A stretch of 64,000 bases of DNA from Rhodanobacteraceae bacterium (GTDB taxonomy: Bacteria; Pseudomonadota; Gammaproteobacteria; Xanthomonadales; Rhodanobacteraceae): contig DASUKQ010000165.1 in assembly GCA_036278635.1 (NCBI GenBank), positions 4,607 to 68,606 on the forward strand, written 5' to 3'. A program made the translations under genes and the position numbers. The first letter of the stretch is position 1. Every line of letters starts with the position of its first letter. Shown one piece after another: positions 48,204 through 57,849 of the stretch. Below the pieces are notes generated by a model. It did no database searches, had not been told where the DNA came from, and worked only from the letters and a program-made list of their open reading frames with translations.

Positions 48204-48619
48204 TCGTCCCCGCCCGGGCGTGCGCGATCGCGTTTCACCGCCCCGCGCCGCTTCTTGCCCACCAGGCGTCGCTCCTTCGACGCGCGCGTCGGTCGGGTGG
48301 CGACACGTTTCTTCGGCGGCGCCAGGGCGGCCTGCAACAACTCGACGAGGCGTTCGCGCGCGTCCGCACGATTCCGCGACTGGTCGCGGAAACGCCGCGC
48401 CTGGATCACCAGTACCCCATCGTCGGTGAGCCGGCGGTCGTGGCGCGCCAGCACACGCGTCCGCACCACGTCCGGCAGCGAAGGTGAACGCGCGACATCA
48501 AATCGCAATTCCACCGCGCTTTCGGTGCGATTGACGTGTTGGCCGCCGGGGCCGTCCGCGCGCAGGAATCGCTCGGTCAATTCCGATTCGGGAATGTCGA
48601 TGGAAGCGGAAATGCGCAT
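48200..48619 (-). CDS. arfB: alternative ribosome-rescue factor ArfB (peptidyl-tRNA hydrolase, YaeJ)
   Basis: [20 protein letters not shown] contains the GGQ motif, and the C-terminal tail is basic ([30 protein letters not shown]). Confidence 0.9.
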   Translation of the reverse strand: MRISASIDIPESELTERFLRADGPGGQHVNRTESAVELRFDVARSPSLPDVVRTRVLARHDRRLTDDGVLVIQARRFRDQSRNRADARERLVELLQAALAPPKKRVATRPTRASKERRLVGKKRRGAVKRDRARPGGDD

Positions 48620-48768
48620 CCGGCAAGGTTACGCGATAAATGTGCGATCGTCCGTGATCGCCGCACCACGGCCGCGCGAGCGGGCTGCAGGGTTCACGGT
48701 ATACGCAGGCGAGAACGACCCTCGAAGCCACCGTGGTCCGACTTCCACGACAGCCGCTTCGCAAGACG

Positions 48769-49527
48769 TCATGCGGCGGGCCAGACGATCTCCAGATGCG
48801 TGTTGTTGAACGCCGGATCGTCCAGTGATCCTCCCCGCGTCAACCGCAAGCCGTCCGGCAGCCCATCGACATCCACTTTCGAGCCGTCGCCGAAACGCAT
48901 TCCGCGCGCCTGCAGCTCGACCAGTCTTGCAGCCACGGCGCCGGCGCGCTGCATATCATCCTGCGGAACTTGCCGCACGCTGACATCGAGCCGCGCGAAC
49001 TTGCGCATCCCCCGGGTCTTGATCCACGCGTGGTCCTTGTCGTCATCCTGGCGCAGGATCGCCACGTGGTTGCGCGGCACGGAGCATTCCGCGCCGCCAT
49101 AACGCGCGCGCCAGTCGGCCGCGGAAAAGATTTCCAGGATCTGCGGATCGACGACCGCGACGCCACCCGCATCCAGCAGCGCCCCCACCACGCCCAGCGT
49201 GTCGCGCAGGTACGCGAGCGAATCCGCGTCCGGCAACTCGCCGCGCAGCATCAGGCATCCCGATGCCTTGCGCGCGGCCTCGAAAGCCGCGGGATTGCCG
49301 TCGCGCAGGATGTCGCCCAGGGCGCCGCGCAAGGGATGGCCATCCCAATGGGCAAGTGTCGCCTTCGGGATGCGTCGCATCTCCACCCCTCGCGGCAGGC
49401 CTGTGCTGCCGTGCGCCGACAGGTTCAGCTCGAGCTGTTCGGCGAAGTCCCCGAACACGAAGTACAGCAGCATCGCCTGCGCCTCGTCCCGCGACCAGTG
49501 CGGGCGCGTCCAGTCGGTTTCGGTCAT
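48769..49527 (-). CDS. conserved hypothetical protein
   Basis: 252-aa ORF from the ATG at 49527 (MTETDWTRPHWSRDEAQAMLLYFVFGDF...). No family assigned with confidence. Confidence 0.6.
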   Translation of the reverse strand: MTETDWTRPHWSRDEAQAMLLYFVFGDFAEQLELNLSAHGSTGLPRGVEMRRIPKATLAHWDGHPLRGALGDILRDGNPAAFEAARKASGCLMLRGELPDADSLAYLRDTLGVVGALLDAGGVAVVDPQILEIFSAADWRARYGGAECSVPRNHVAILRQDDDKDHAWIKTRGMRKFARLDVSVRQVPQDDMQRAGAVAARLVELQARGMRFGDGSKVDVDGLPDGLRLTRGGSLDDPAFNNTHLEIVWPAA

Positions 49528-49784
49528 GGAGAAGATTCCTCGGCGCGGTCGGAGTTGCAGCAGCATCCGCTGCACGCGACACGGTAACATCGTCGATCCG
49601 ACAGGGTGCCGGGAACACCTTGTCAACACTGGCCTTGTCGGTGCCGGCCATGGATGGCCAGCCGCGGATCAAACACTCCGGGTGTTCGATCCGGCGAAGC
49701 CGGGTCGGGCATGTACCGGACCCGGCGTGTGGGAAAAGTGCAGGAAAGCACTTTTTCCAGAATCAACCAACTCCGGATTGCATC

Positions 49785-51761
49785 ATGCTCAATCCCCAAC
49801 AACGCGTCGCCGTGGAATACACCGACGGCCCCCTGCTGGTGCTGGCCGGCGCGGGATCGGGCAAGACGCGCGTGATCAGCGAGAAGATCGCGCATCTCGT
49901 GGCACGCGGAGAGGTCGCACCCTCGAAAATTGCGGCGATCACGTTCACCAACAAGGCTGCGCGCGAAATGCGCGAACGGGTCACGCGGCGCGTGAAGGGC
50001 GACGCCGCGGACGCGTTGTCGGTCTGCACGTTCCATGCGCTGGGCCTGAAATTCCTCCAGATCGAACACGCGCGCGCCGGACTGCGCCGCGGCTTTTCGG
50101 TGCTGGATGCCGACGACAGCGCGGGGCTGGTGAAGGAACTGGCGGGCGCGTCGGTGAAATCCGACAAGCTGTTCCAGTTGCGTTCGTTGCTGTCGCGCCT
50201 GAAAGGCGACGGCCTGACGCCCGACGCCGCCATCGAGGCCGCGCGCGCGCCGCGCGAACTGGAAGCCGCGCAGTTGTATGCCGCCTACCAGAAGCGCCTC
50301 GCGGCGTTCAACGCGGTGGATTTCGACGACCTGATCCGGCTGCCCGTCGCGGTGCTGCAACGCGACGAGGAGACGCGACTCGCGTGGCGCGAACGCATCC
50401 GCTACCTGTTGGTCGATGAATGCCAGGATACCAACGTCGCGCAATACGAAATGCTGAAGCTGCTGGCGGGCGAACGCGGCGCGTTCACGTGCGTGGGCGA
50501 CGACGACCAGTCCATTTATGCGTGGCGTGGCGCCGATCCCGGCAACCTCGACAAGCTCGCGCGGGATTATCCGAAGCTGCGCGTGGTCAAGCTGGAGCAG
50601 AATTACCGCTGTGCCCAGCGCGTGTTGCGTGCCGCGAACGCATTGATTGCCCACAACCCGCACGCGCACCCGAAAAAGCTGTGGAGCGCCCATGGCGACG
50701 GCGAGCGAATCCGGGTGCTGGAGTGCCGCGACACCGACCACGAAGCCGAACGGGTCGCCTCGCAACTCCTGTACCTGCGCGAGATGCACAGGCTGGCCTG
50801 GTCCGACTGCGCGGTGCTGTATCGCGGCAACCACCAGGCGCGGCCGCTTGAAAAGGCGCTGCGGCTTGCGCGCGTACCGTACCACCTGACTGGTGCGCTG
50901 TCGTTCCTGGACCGCGCGGAAGTCAAGGACGTCCTGGGATACCTTCGCCTCGTCGCCAATCCCGACGACGATGCGGCGTTCCTGCGGGTGGTCAATGTGC
51001 CGCGCCGCGAGATCGGTGCGACCACCCTGGAAAAGCTGGGCGAACTTGCGCAATCGAAACGTCTTTCGCTGTTGCGCGCGGCGCACAGCCACGCGGTCCT
51101 GCAGCAACTTTCCTCGCGTCCCGCCGCGGCGCTCGCCGGTTTCGTCGATCTCATCCAGGCCTTGGCGCACGACTCGAAAGCACTCGGGGCGGCCGATCTC
51201 GTCGAAACCATCCTCAAGCGCACCCGTTACGTCGAGCACCTCGCACATACGGCAAAGGATCGTGCGTTGCAGGAACGCAGGCTCGGCAACGTGCACGAAC
51301 TCACGGACTGGTTCCGCGCGATGGACGGCGGCAGGATCCGCGTGGGCGACCTCGCCGCGCAGCTCGCGTCGCTCGGCCATGTCGACAGGGACGATGGCGG
51401 CGATGCGGTGCGATTGATGACCCTGCACTCGGCGAAAGGGCTCGAATTCCGGTCGGTGCACATCGTAGGCTGCGAGGACGGCACCCTGCCGCACGATGGC
51501 GCCATCGACGAAGGGCGGCTCGAAGAGGAACGGCGCCTGCTGTACGTCGGCATCACCCGCGCCAGGGAACTGCTGCATCTGAGTTTCAGCGTGCAGGGAC
51601 GCCGCTACGGACAAACATTCAAGCGCAAGCCCAGCCGGTTTCTCGATGAACTGCCTGCCTCAGAGCTGCACCGCGACGGCGACGATCCGGAAGCCGAGGC
51701 CGAAGCGCGCCGCGATGTCGCGGCCACGCAACTTGCCAAGATCGCGGCGATGCTGGGGTGA
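49785..51761 (+). CDS. rep: ATP-dependent DNA helicase Rep
   Basis: MLNPQQRVAVEYTDGPLLVLAGAGSGKTRVISEKIAHLV...AAITFTNKAAREMRERV is colinear with E. coli Rep, and the 658-aa length fits. Confidence 0.9.
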   Translation: MLNPQQRVAVEYTDGPLLVLAGAGSGKTRVISEKIAHLVARGEVAPSKIAAITFTNKAAREMRERVTRRVKGDAADALSVCTFHALGLKFLQIEHARAGLRRGFSVLDADDSAGLVKELAGASVKSDKLFQLRSLLSRLKGDGLTPDAAIEAARAPRELEAAQLYAAYQKRLAAFNAVDFDDLIRLPVAVLQRDEETRLAWRERIRYLLVDECQDTNVAQYEMLKLLAGERGAFTCVGDDDQSIYAWRGADPGNLDKLARDYPKLRVVKLEQNYRCAQRVLRAANALIAHNPHAHPKKLWSAHGDGERIRVLECRDTDHEAERVASQLLYLREMHRLAWSDCAVLYRGNHQARPLEKALRLARVPYHLTGALSFLDRAEVKDVLGYLRLVANPDDDAAFLRVVNVPRREIGATTLEKLGELAQSKRLSLLRAAHSHAVLQQLSSRPAAALAGFVDLIQALAHDSKALGAADLVETILKRTRYVEHLAHTAKDRALQERRLGNVHELTDWFRAMDGGRIRVGDLAAQLASLGHVDRDDGGDAVRLMTLHSAKGLEFRSVHIVGCEDGTLPHDGAIDEGRLEEERRLLYVGITRARELLHLSFSVQGRRYGQTFKRKPSRFLDELPASELHRDGDDPEAEAEARRDVAATQLAKIAAMLG

Positions 51762-51766
51762 TTTTC

Positions 51767-51888
51767 TTCCCCCTTCCAAGGGAAGGGAGATCGCGGGGGA
51801 TGTGCCTTTTGCTTCGCGCAAGGTCCCGGCACGCCGTACGCCGGCATCCCCCGCGCGCGTCGCGCGCCCCTTCGTTCCGAAGGGGTGA
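51767..51888. repeat. REP copies of the CCCCCTTCC-N4-GGAAGGG / CGCGGGGGATGTGC family
   Basis: cttcccccttccaagggaagggagatcgcgggggatgtgcc (51767-51807), plus the inverted partner catcccccgcgcgc...ccccttcgttccgaaggggtg (51846-51888). Confidence 0.7.
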
Positions 51889-51914
51889 ATCTGCAATTGC
51901 TATCATCGCCCGCC

Positions 51915-52874
51915 ATGCCTGCATTGCCGCCATTCCCGCGCAAACTGCTCGCGCCGCGCCATTGGCCGGCATGGGTCGGCATCGGTTTCATCCGGCTGCT
52001 GGTGCGGTTGCCGACGCACTGGATCCTTGCACTGGGCGCCGCGTTCAGTGCGACGATCTCGCCACTGATCCGCGACCGGCGCCACGTGATCGCGCGCAAC
52101 TTGGAGCTGTGTTTTCCCGAACTCGATCCGCCACAACGCGATTTGTTGCGTCGCGAGGCGACCCGCGAGATGGGACGGATGCTGGGTGAGTTCGCGCTGG
52201 GCTGGTTCGCATCCGATGCCAGGCTCGCCCGCCTCGACGTTGCGGTCGAAGGACTGGAACACCTCGAGGCCGCGCACGCCGAAGGACGCGGGGTGTTGCT
52301 GGTCGGCGGGCATTTCTCGCACCTTGAATTGTGCGCGCGCCTGATTTCCCGGCGGATCCGCATCGCGGGGATGTACCGGCGCATGGATTCGGATGTATTC
52401 GAGTACACGGTGCTGCGCGCACGGCTGCGTTATGCCGAAACGATGTTCGACAAGGACCAGTTGCGCGCGACCGTGAAATACCTCAAGCGCGGCGGCGCCA
52501 TCTGGTACGCCCCCGATCAGGACATGCGCGGCAAGGACACCGTATTCGCGCCGTTTTTCGGCATCCCGGCGTCCACGATCACCGCGACGCACCATCTGGC
52601 GCGGCTGTCGGGCGCCGCAGTGATGCCGTTCTTCCACCGACGCACCCCCGAAGGCGGCTACGCCCTGCGGCTGGAAGCGCCGCTCGCGGATTTTCCCACC
52701 GACGATGTCGTCGCCGACACCGCCCGCGTCAACGCCGCGATCGAACGCATGGTGCGCGAAGCCCCTGCGCAGTACCTGTGGGCGCACAAGCGGTTCAAGA
52801 CCAGGCCGCCGGGGATGCCGCCGGTGTATGGCCGGGACTCGGTACCCGGGACCCGGGACCCGGGGAAGAGCTGA
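51915..52874 (+). CDS. lpxL: lipid A biosynthesis lauroyl/myristoyl acyltransferase (LpxL/HtrB family)
   Basis: ...VLLVGGHFSHLEL (HX4-type block) ...WYAPDQD...FFGIPASTITATHHLARLSGAAVMPFF...YLWAHKRFKTRP. Start at the ATG at 51915, or the GTG at 51885. Confidence 0.85.
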   Translation: MPALPPFPRKLLAPRHWPAWVGIGFIRLLVRLPTHWILALGAAFSATISPLIRDRRHVIARNLELCFPELDPPQRDLLRREATREMGRMLGEFALGWFASDARLARLDVAVEGLEHLEAAHAEGRGVLLVGGHFSHLELCARLISRRIRIAGMYRRMDSDVFEYTVLRARLRYAETMFDKDQLRATVKYLKRGGAIWYAPDQDMRGKDTVFAPFFGIPASTITATHHLARLSGAAVMPFFHRRTPEGGYALRLEAPLADFPTDDVVADTARVNAAIERMVREAPAQYLWAHKRFKTRPPGMPPVYGRDSVPGTRDPGKS

Positions 52875-53000
52875 AAAAGCGGCGCCAAGCGAATCCGGGA
52901 TTCTTGGCGTGACGCGGGCAAGACGCTGGTCGGCGCGCCCGATACGTTGCTTACGCGTGGCCGCTTTTCCGGGTCCCCGGTCCCGGGTCCCGGGTCCCGG
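52834..53000. repeat. MITE-like element: ~32-nt inverted arms of the GGGACCC heptad family around a ~103-nt spacer, between convergent lpxL and GT2
   Basis: Left arm gggactcggtacccgggacccgggacccgggg (52834-52865); right arm ccgggtccccggtcccgggtcccgggtcccgg (52969-53000). Confidence 0.85.
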
Positions 53001-53745
53001 CCCTACGCGCCTCATGCAACTTGGCGTATTTCAGGAACACGTAGTACGCGCCCAGCATGCTGGCGACGAAACCGGCCCAGCCTGAAAGAAAATAGCGCTT
53101 GAAGACGTACTGGCGCACAAAGAAGATTGGCGGGTACACCACCATCATCGGGCCGCTGAAGCGTTGCCTGCGCGCCAGCTTGTCGGCGACCATGCCGGAC
53201 GAATAACGGTTGATCTTGTCGACGCGCGCGGCGATGTCGTCGTCGCCCAGGTTGACGAAATCGGCGCGGCGCAACGTTTCCACCGGCCCGTCCACCTCCA
53301 CCGCGGCATGGACCGGCACCGCGTTCATGCGTCCGCGCCGGCGGTCGAACAGGCGCAAGTGTCCGTTGCGATGGCTCCACGGATGCTGCACGCTCCAGAA
53401 CATCCGCTCGCGCCGCGGCAGGCGGAATCCCGCCACGCCGGGGTCCTCCAGCGCGTGTTCGATCACTTCGCGGGTCTCCGGCGACAACACCTCGTCGGCA
53501 TCGAGATTGAGAATCCAGTCATGGGCCGCCATGTCGATGGCCCGCTGTTTCTGCGGACCATAATCGTCGAATGGGTGCACCGCCACCCGCGCGCCGTGGC
53601 GCCTCGCGATCTCCACCGTCGCGTCGGTCGAACCCGAGTCCAGCACCAAGATCTCGTCCGCGAAGTCGGCCGCGGCCAGACACCGTTCCAGCGTGTCGGC
53701 GTTGTTGTACGAGATGATGACCAGCGAAAATCTTTCACGCGCCAT
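52951..53745 (-). CDS. family-2 glycosyltransferase (LPS core, WaaE/KdtX-like)
   Basis: FSLVIISYNNADTLERCL...EILVLDSGSTDATVEIA...LNLDADEV shows the GT-A DxD. Start set at the ATG at 53745. Confidence 0.88.
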   Translation of the reverse strand: MARERFSLVIISYNNADTLERCLAAADFADEILVLDSGSTDATVEIARRHGARVAVHPFDDYGPQKQRAIDMAAHDWILNLDADEVLSPETREVIEHALEDPGVAGFRLPRRERMFWSVQHPWSHRNGHLRLFDRRRGRMNAVPVHAAVEVDGPVETLRRADFVNLGDDDIAARVDKINRYSSGMVADKLARRQRFSGPMMVVYPPIFFVRQYVFKRYFLSGWAGFVASMLGAYYVFLKYAKLHEARRAGTRDPGPGTRKSGHA

Positions 53746-55063
53746 GCATCTTGCTCCCCGTGCGCACGTGCATCCGTGGCATCGAGACGGGCGTCTCCTC
53801 GGGCACGTCCGCGTACAACGCCGCGCACCACAACGCCAGCAGCCACCAGAACAACAACCCCCACCACGCCGAATAGAACGCAAGGTGGGTGTTCAACGGA
53901 AACACCGTGACCGCCAACGCGACGGTCACCGGGAATGCCCGCCGGCGCGCCTCGGCGCCCACGCGGCGCCACGCACGCAACGCCAGGCCCAGGGCAGCCA
54001 GCCATAGCGCAAGTCCGACAACGCCCGTATTGGTCAGGATTTCCAGCACGATCTGGTGCGGGTGGCAGGCGCCCGTGTCCTCGCCACACGCCTCGGCGCC
54101 GAGGAAATGATCGCCCGGTGACGCATACTGCGGGTACGCGTAGCGGAAATCGCGCACGCCGACGCCGTTCACCGGATGTGCCGCGACCATGTCCACCGCC
54201 ACTCGCCAGATGTCGAGTCGTCCGCTCAGCGCCTGGTTCAATGTATGGGGGGTGTCGTTGAGGGCGGCGAGGGTGCGTTGCATGCGCGCATTGAAACGCG
54301 GCGAGGTCTGCCACGCCACGCCCATGGCGGCGGCGACCACCACGCACGCGCCCAGCACCCACGCGGCAAACCACGCGGGCCTGCGCGTGTCGAACCAGAA
54401 AAACGCCAGCAGCACCAGGCCGTAGGTGATCCAGGCCGCACGCGAGCCGGCCAGCAGGATCGGCCCCAACAGGAAGACCATCGCGACGACCAGGCCCGCG
54501 CGTCCGTACCGGCGGCGCGCGCCCCACAACACGAACGGCGACAACGAGGCCAGCACCGGACCGAGCTTGAGGTTGTCCGCACCGAAGATCCCCGAAATCC
54601 GCTGTGCCTGCGCGTGGCCGCCGAGGCTGAAGCCGGTCAACGCCTGCACCCACGCGTCCAGCGCCCACAGCGCGACGACCACGCCGGTGGCGAGGCACAA
54701 CGCGGTCAGGCGCGATTCCCGCCGCACCGCGAAACAGGCGTACACGCCGAACGGCCCGAAGCGCAGGTACGCGGCGCTCTCGCTCCAGCTGCGCGCGGGT
54801 TCGATCGCATCCGGCGCCGAAATCAGCGCGGCCAGGAAATACGCCGCCCACAGCCACAGCAGCAAGCGCGCGCCCGGATGCCCGGCCAGAGCGTGGCGAT
54901 CGCGCACGAACAGAAAAATCGCACCCAGCAGGCACAGCAAGGTGCCGAGTTCACTGGCCCGCCCGAACGGCAGCAGGAAGACCACCAGCCAGATCGGCGT
55001 CAGCGGCGATTGCAGGATCGCGGTGAGTTGGGCGCGCAGGGAAACCGTCACCACCGGGGCCAT
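53735..55063 (-). CDS. O-antigen ligase (Wzy_C) family membrane protein
   Basis: About 10-12 TM segments and a periplasmic loop with the ...GSRAAW... region. Sits in an LPS-core context. 11-nt overlap with the GT2 start. Confidence 0.82.
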   Translation of the reverse strand: MAPVVTVSLRAQLTAILQSPLTPIWLVVFLLPFGRASELGTLLCLLGAIFLFVRDRHALAGHPGARLLLWLWAAYFLAALISAPDAIEPARSWSESAAYLRFGPFGVYACFAVRRESRLTALCLATGVVVALWALDAWVQALTGFSLGGHAQAQRISGIFGADNLKLGPVLASLSPFVLWGARRRYGRAGLVVAMVFLLGPILLAGSRAAWITYGLVLLAFFWFDTRRPAWFAAWVLGACVVVAAAMGVAWQTSPRFNARMQRTLAALNDTPHTLNQALSGRLDIWRVAVDMVAAHPVNGVGVRDFRYAYPQYASPGDHFLGAEACGEDTGACHPHQIVLEILTNTGVVGLALWLAALGLALRAWRRVGAEARRRAFPVTVALAVTVFPLNTHLAFYSAWWGLLFWWLLALWCAALYADVPEETPVSMPRMHVRTGSKMHGA

Positions 55064-55098
55064 CGGACCAAAGCGCGCATCCTAACGCGCGTCGCCCC

Positions 55099-56268
55099 TC
55101 ACGCGTCGCGCGGCGGAGCCGCGGCGAGTTCCTGATACAGCGCGAGTACGCTCGCCTGCATGTCGGCGAGGTGATAGCGCTGCAGCGGTGCGATCGGCGG
55201 CGCGCGGCCGAGCAATTCGGCAGCCCGGACGATCAGCTTGTCGACGTCGCCCACCGGTATCCGGCCCGCCGGATACAGTTCAGCCAGCAATTCGCCGACC
55301 CCGCCGTGGGCATACCCGAGCACGGGACGGCACAGCGACAACGCCTCGATCACGGTGCGACCGAAGCTTTCCGGCTTGTTGGAGAGCTGCAGGACGAGAT
55401 CCGAGACCGCGAACACGTCGCGCACGTCGTTGCGGGGCGGCGAAAACGCCACGATGTCGGCGACCTTCCGGGTTTGCGCCAACTCCTGCATCTCGCGCAG
55501 ATACGCCTCGCGCCCGCGTTCGGCGATGCCGAGCAGCAGCAGCCGCGCATCGATGCCGCGTTCGCGCAAGCCGTGGACCAGCGCGATCGCGTCGGCATGC
55601 CCCTTCAGCCGCGTGCCGCGACCCGGCAAGGTCAGCAACGGGGCTCCGGTGAGCTGAGGGTATTCCTCGAAGAATTGGGCACGCCAGGCCGCCTCGGGCC
55701 GATAGCCGTAAGCGAAGACTTCCGGATCGATCCCGCGTGGAATGACGGTGAGCTTCGTCGTATCCACCCGCGGGTAATGGCTCAACACGAAATCACGGAC
55801 CGTCTGCGAAACCGCGATGATGCGGTCGCCGCGGGTCATGATGCCACTCCACATGCCGGGCGAGTTGAGCCCGTGCACCGTGGTGACGAAACGCGGGCGC
55901 GGCCGCATGCCGCGCAGCGCAAACCAGGCCAGCCACGCCGGCACCCGCGAGCGCACGTGCACGATGTCCGGGCCGATCCCGGCCAACATGCGGCGCAATG
56001 TGCCGATCCGCGTCAGGCTGCGCAGCGACTTGGAACCGATGTCCAGGGTGAGGTGTTCGCTGCCTTCGGCTTGCAGCCGCTCGACCAGCCGACCGCCACC
56101 GGAGATGACCACAGAGCGATGCCCCGCCGCGACCAACGCGCGCGCCACTTCCAGCGTCGAGCGTTCCGCGCCGCCGGTTTCCAGTGCCGGTAGCAGCTGG
56201 ACGACGGTCAGACGGCGGACTGAGGCGGCGGGCTCGATCACGAATCCCTGCGGAAGGGCATCGGACAT
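55099..56268 (-). CDS. family-4 (GT-B) glycosyltransferase
   Basis: VVQLLPALETGGAERSTLEVARAL... at the N-terminus and ...ESFGRTVIEALSLCRPVLGYAHGG (the E-x7-E region) at the C-terminus. Confidence 0.88.
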   Translation of the reverse strand: MSDALPQGFVIEPAASVRRLTVVQLLPALETGGAERSTLEVARALVAAGHRSVVISGGGRLVERLQAEGSEHLTLDIGSKSLRSLTRIGTLRRMLAGIGPDIVHVRSRVPAWLAWFALRGMRPRPRFVTTVHGLNSPGMWSGIMTRGDRIIAVSQTVRDFVLSHYPRVDTTKLTVIPRGIDPEVFAYGYRPEAAWRAQFFEEYPQLTGAPLLTLPGRGTRLKGHADAIALVHGLRERGIDARLLLLGIAERGREAYLREMQELAQTRKVADIVAFSPPRNDVRDVFAVSDLVLQLSNKPESFGRTVIEALSLCRPVLGYAHGGVGELLAELYPAGRIPVGDVDKLIVRAAELLGRAPPIAPLQRYHLADMQASVLALYQELAAAPPRDA

Positions 56269-56335
56269 GCAGAAAGGCTTGCAAGAATCACGCCCGGCCA
56301 CGCCGGTCGCACCACCCCGGACCCGAACGGGCGAT

Positions 56336-56557
56336 TCAGATTTCGGAATGCTTCAGGACGAACGTGGACCCGCAATACGGACACAACGTTTCGCCGCCAT
56401 CGTCGACGATCGGCAGGTAGATGCGCGGATGCGAATTCCACAGCGTCATTTCGGGCAACGGGCAGGCCAGCGGCAAGTCCGCCGCGGTCACTTCGTAGCG
56501 GCGCTTGGCGTTGGCGGGCTCACCCACGGGGAAGGAGGGAGACGGCAGCGAAGGCAT
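56336..56557 (-). CDS. zinc-finger (CHCC-type, NDUFS6-like) domain protein
   Basis: ...LACPLPEMTLWNSHPRIYLPI...ETLCPYCGSTFVLK. Confidence 0.7.
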   Translation of the reverse strand: MPSLPSPSFPVGEPANAKRRYEVTAADLPLACPLPEMTLWNSHPRIYLPIVDDGGETLCPYCGSTFVLKHSEI

Positions 56558-56817
56558 GCTTCAAATCCACGGGATCGACCGGGCCAATTCTAGCGCACCG
56601 CACGGCCGGGCGATTTCCACCGCGGCGCAAGTCCGCGTCCAGCGGAACCGGCTCGACCACGGCCAGGCCACGCAGCGCGTCCGCGAGGCCAGCAAGCGTG
56701 ACACGATCGGGACCCCGAGCGAATGCGATCGCCGCCCGTCATCGTCGTCCGGGACCGGCATCCGCGTGCGGCGACTCCCGCATAATCGTGGCACCGCCGT
56801 TGAGAACCGGACCCCCG

Positions 56818-57774
56818 ATGCCCAACCCGCCACGCACCGCCTGGGTCATCAGCGACGGGGCTGCCGGCAACGAGCGCCAGGCGTTGGCGCTGGCGTCCGC
56901 GCTCGGCACCTCGGCGAGGGTCCTGTCGCTGCCGTTGCGGGCGCCATGGCAATGGGTCGCGCCGCGCCGTCTGCCCGGCGGACGACTGGCGCTGGTACCC
57001 CGCGACCGCGCGGCATTCGCTCCGCCATGGCCCGATGTGGCCATCGGCTGCGGGCGCAGCGCCGCGTTGTTGACCCGCATGTTGCGCGGCTTGTCGCGCG
57101 GCCATTGCTACACCGTGCAGATCCTCGATCCGCGCATCGACCCACGCCATTGGGATGCGGTGGTCGCACCCCGCCACGACCGCCTCGAAGTCCCGAACGT
57201 GCTGACCACGCTGGGCTCGCTCAATCAGGTCGACGATGGCTGGCTCGCGTCGGGGCGCGGGGCGTTTCCCGATTTTGCAACGCTGTCGCGTCCGCGCATC
57301 GCGCTGCTGGTCGGCGGGCCGCGCCGTGGCATCGAATTCGATGCGACGCTGTCGCGGCGGCTTGCCGGGATGGTGCGCGACCTCGCGGAAGGGGGCAGCG
57401 TGCTCGCCACCACGTCGCGCCGCACTCCGGCCGCTTTCACCGCGGCACTGCGTGACGAACTCGCGGATTTTCGCGGCATGTTCTGGGATGGCGAGGGCGC
57501 CAATCCCTACCCCGGCCTGCTCGGCTGGGCCGATCGCATCGTGGTGACGCCGGACTCGGTCAACATGCTGTCGGAGGCCTGCGCGACCGGCGTACCGGTC
57601 CACACCGCCACCACCACGCCATTGCCCGACAAGCTCGCGCGTTTCCATGCGGCGCTGCGCGGGCAAGGCTTGCTGACCGATCCGGATGAACCTCGCGGTG
57701 ACGTGCCGCCGCTGCGCGAAACGCAGGCCATCGCAGCGGCACTGCGCAAACGCATGGCGGCACGCACGCCTTGA
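56818..57774 (+). CDS. ELM1/DUF1022 family protein (predicted GT-B-like enzyme)
   Basis: AWVISDGAAGNERQALALASAL...VAIGCGRSAA...QILDPRIDPRHWDAVVAPRHD...VTPDSVNMLSEACATG. Confidence 0.8.
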   Translation: MPNPPRTAWVISDGAAGNERQALALASALGTSARVLSLPLRAPWQWVAPRRLPGGRLALVPRDRAAFAPPWPDVAIGCGRSAALLTRMLRGLSRGHCYTVQILDPRIDPRHWDAVVAPRHDRLEVPNVLTTLGSLNQVDDGWLASGRGAFPDFATLSRPRIALLVGGPRRGIEFDATLSRRLAGMVRDLAEGGSVLATTSRRTPAAFTAALRDELADFRGMFWDGEGANPYPGLLGWADRIVVTPDSVNMLSEACATGVPVHTATTTPLPDKLARFHAALRGQGLLTDPDEPRGDVPPLRETQAIAAALRKRMAARTP

Positions 57775-57849
57775 CCATCCTGGGCGCTCCCTCGTGAAAA
57801 TGGCCCGCAAGTCGGTCGCGCGCAAGCGCGCTCCCACGAAAGCGGCTCG

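Noticed and set aside
49623-51614. 663-aa minus ORF.
   Set aside because: Antisense to rep.
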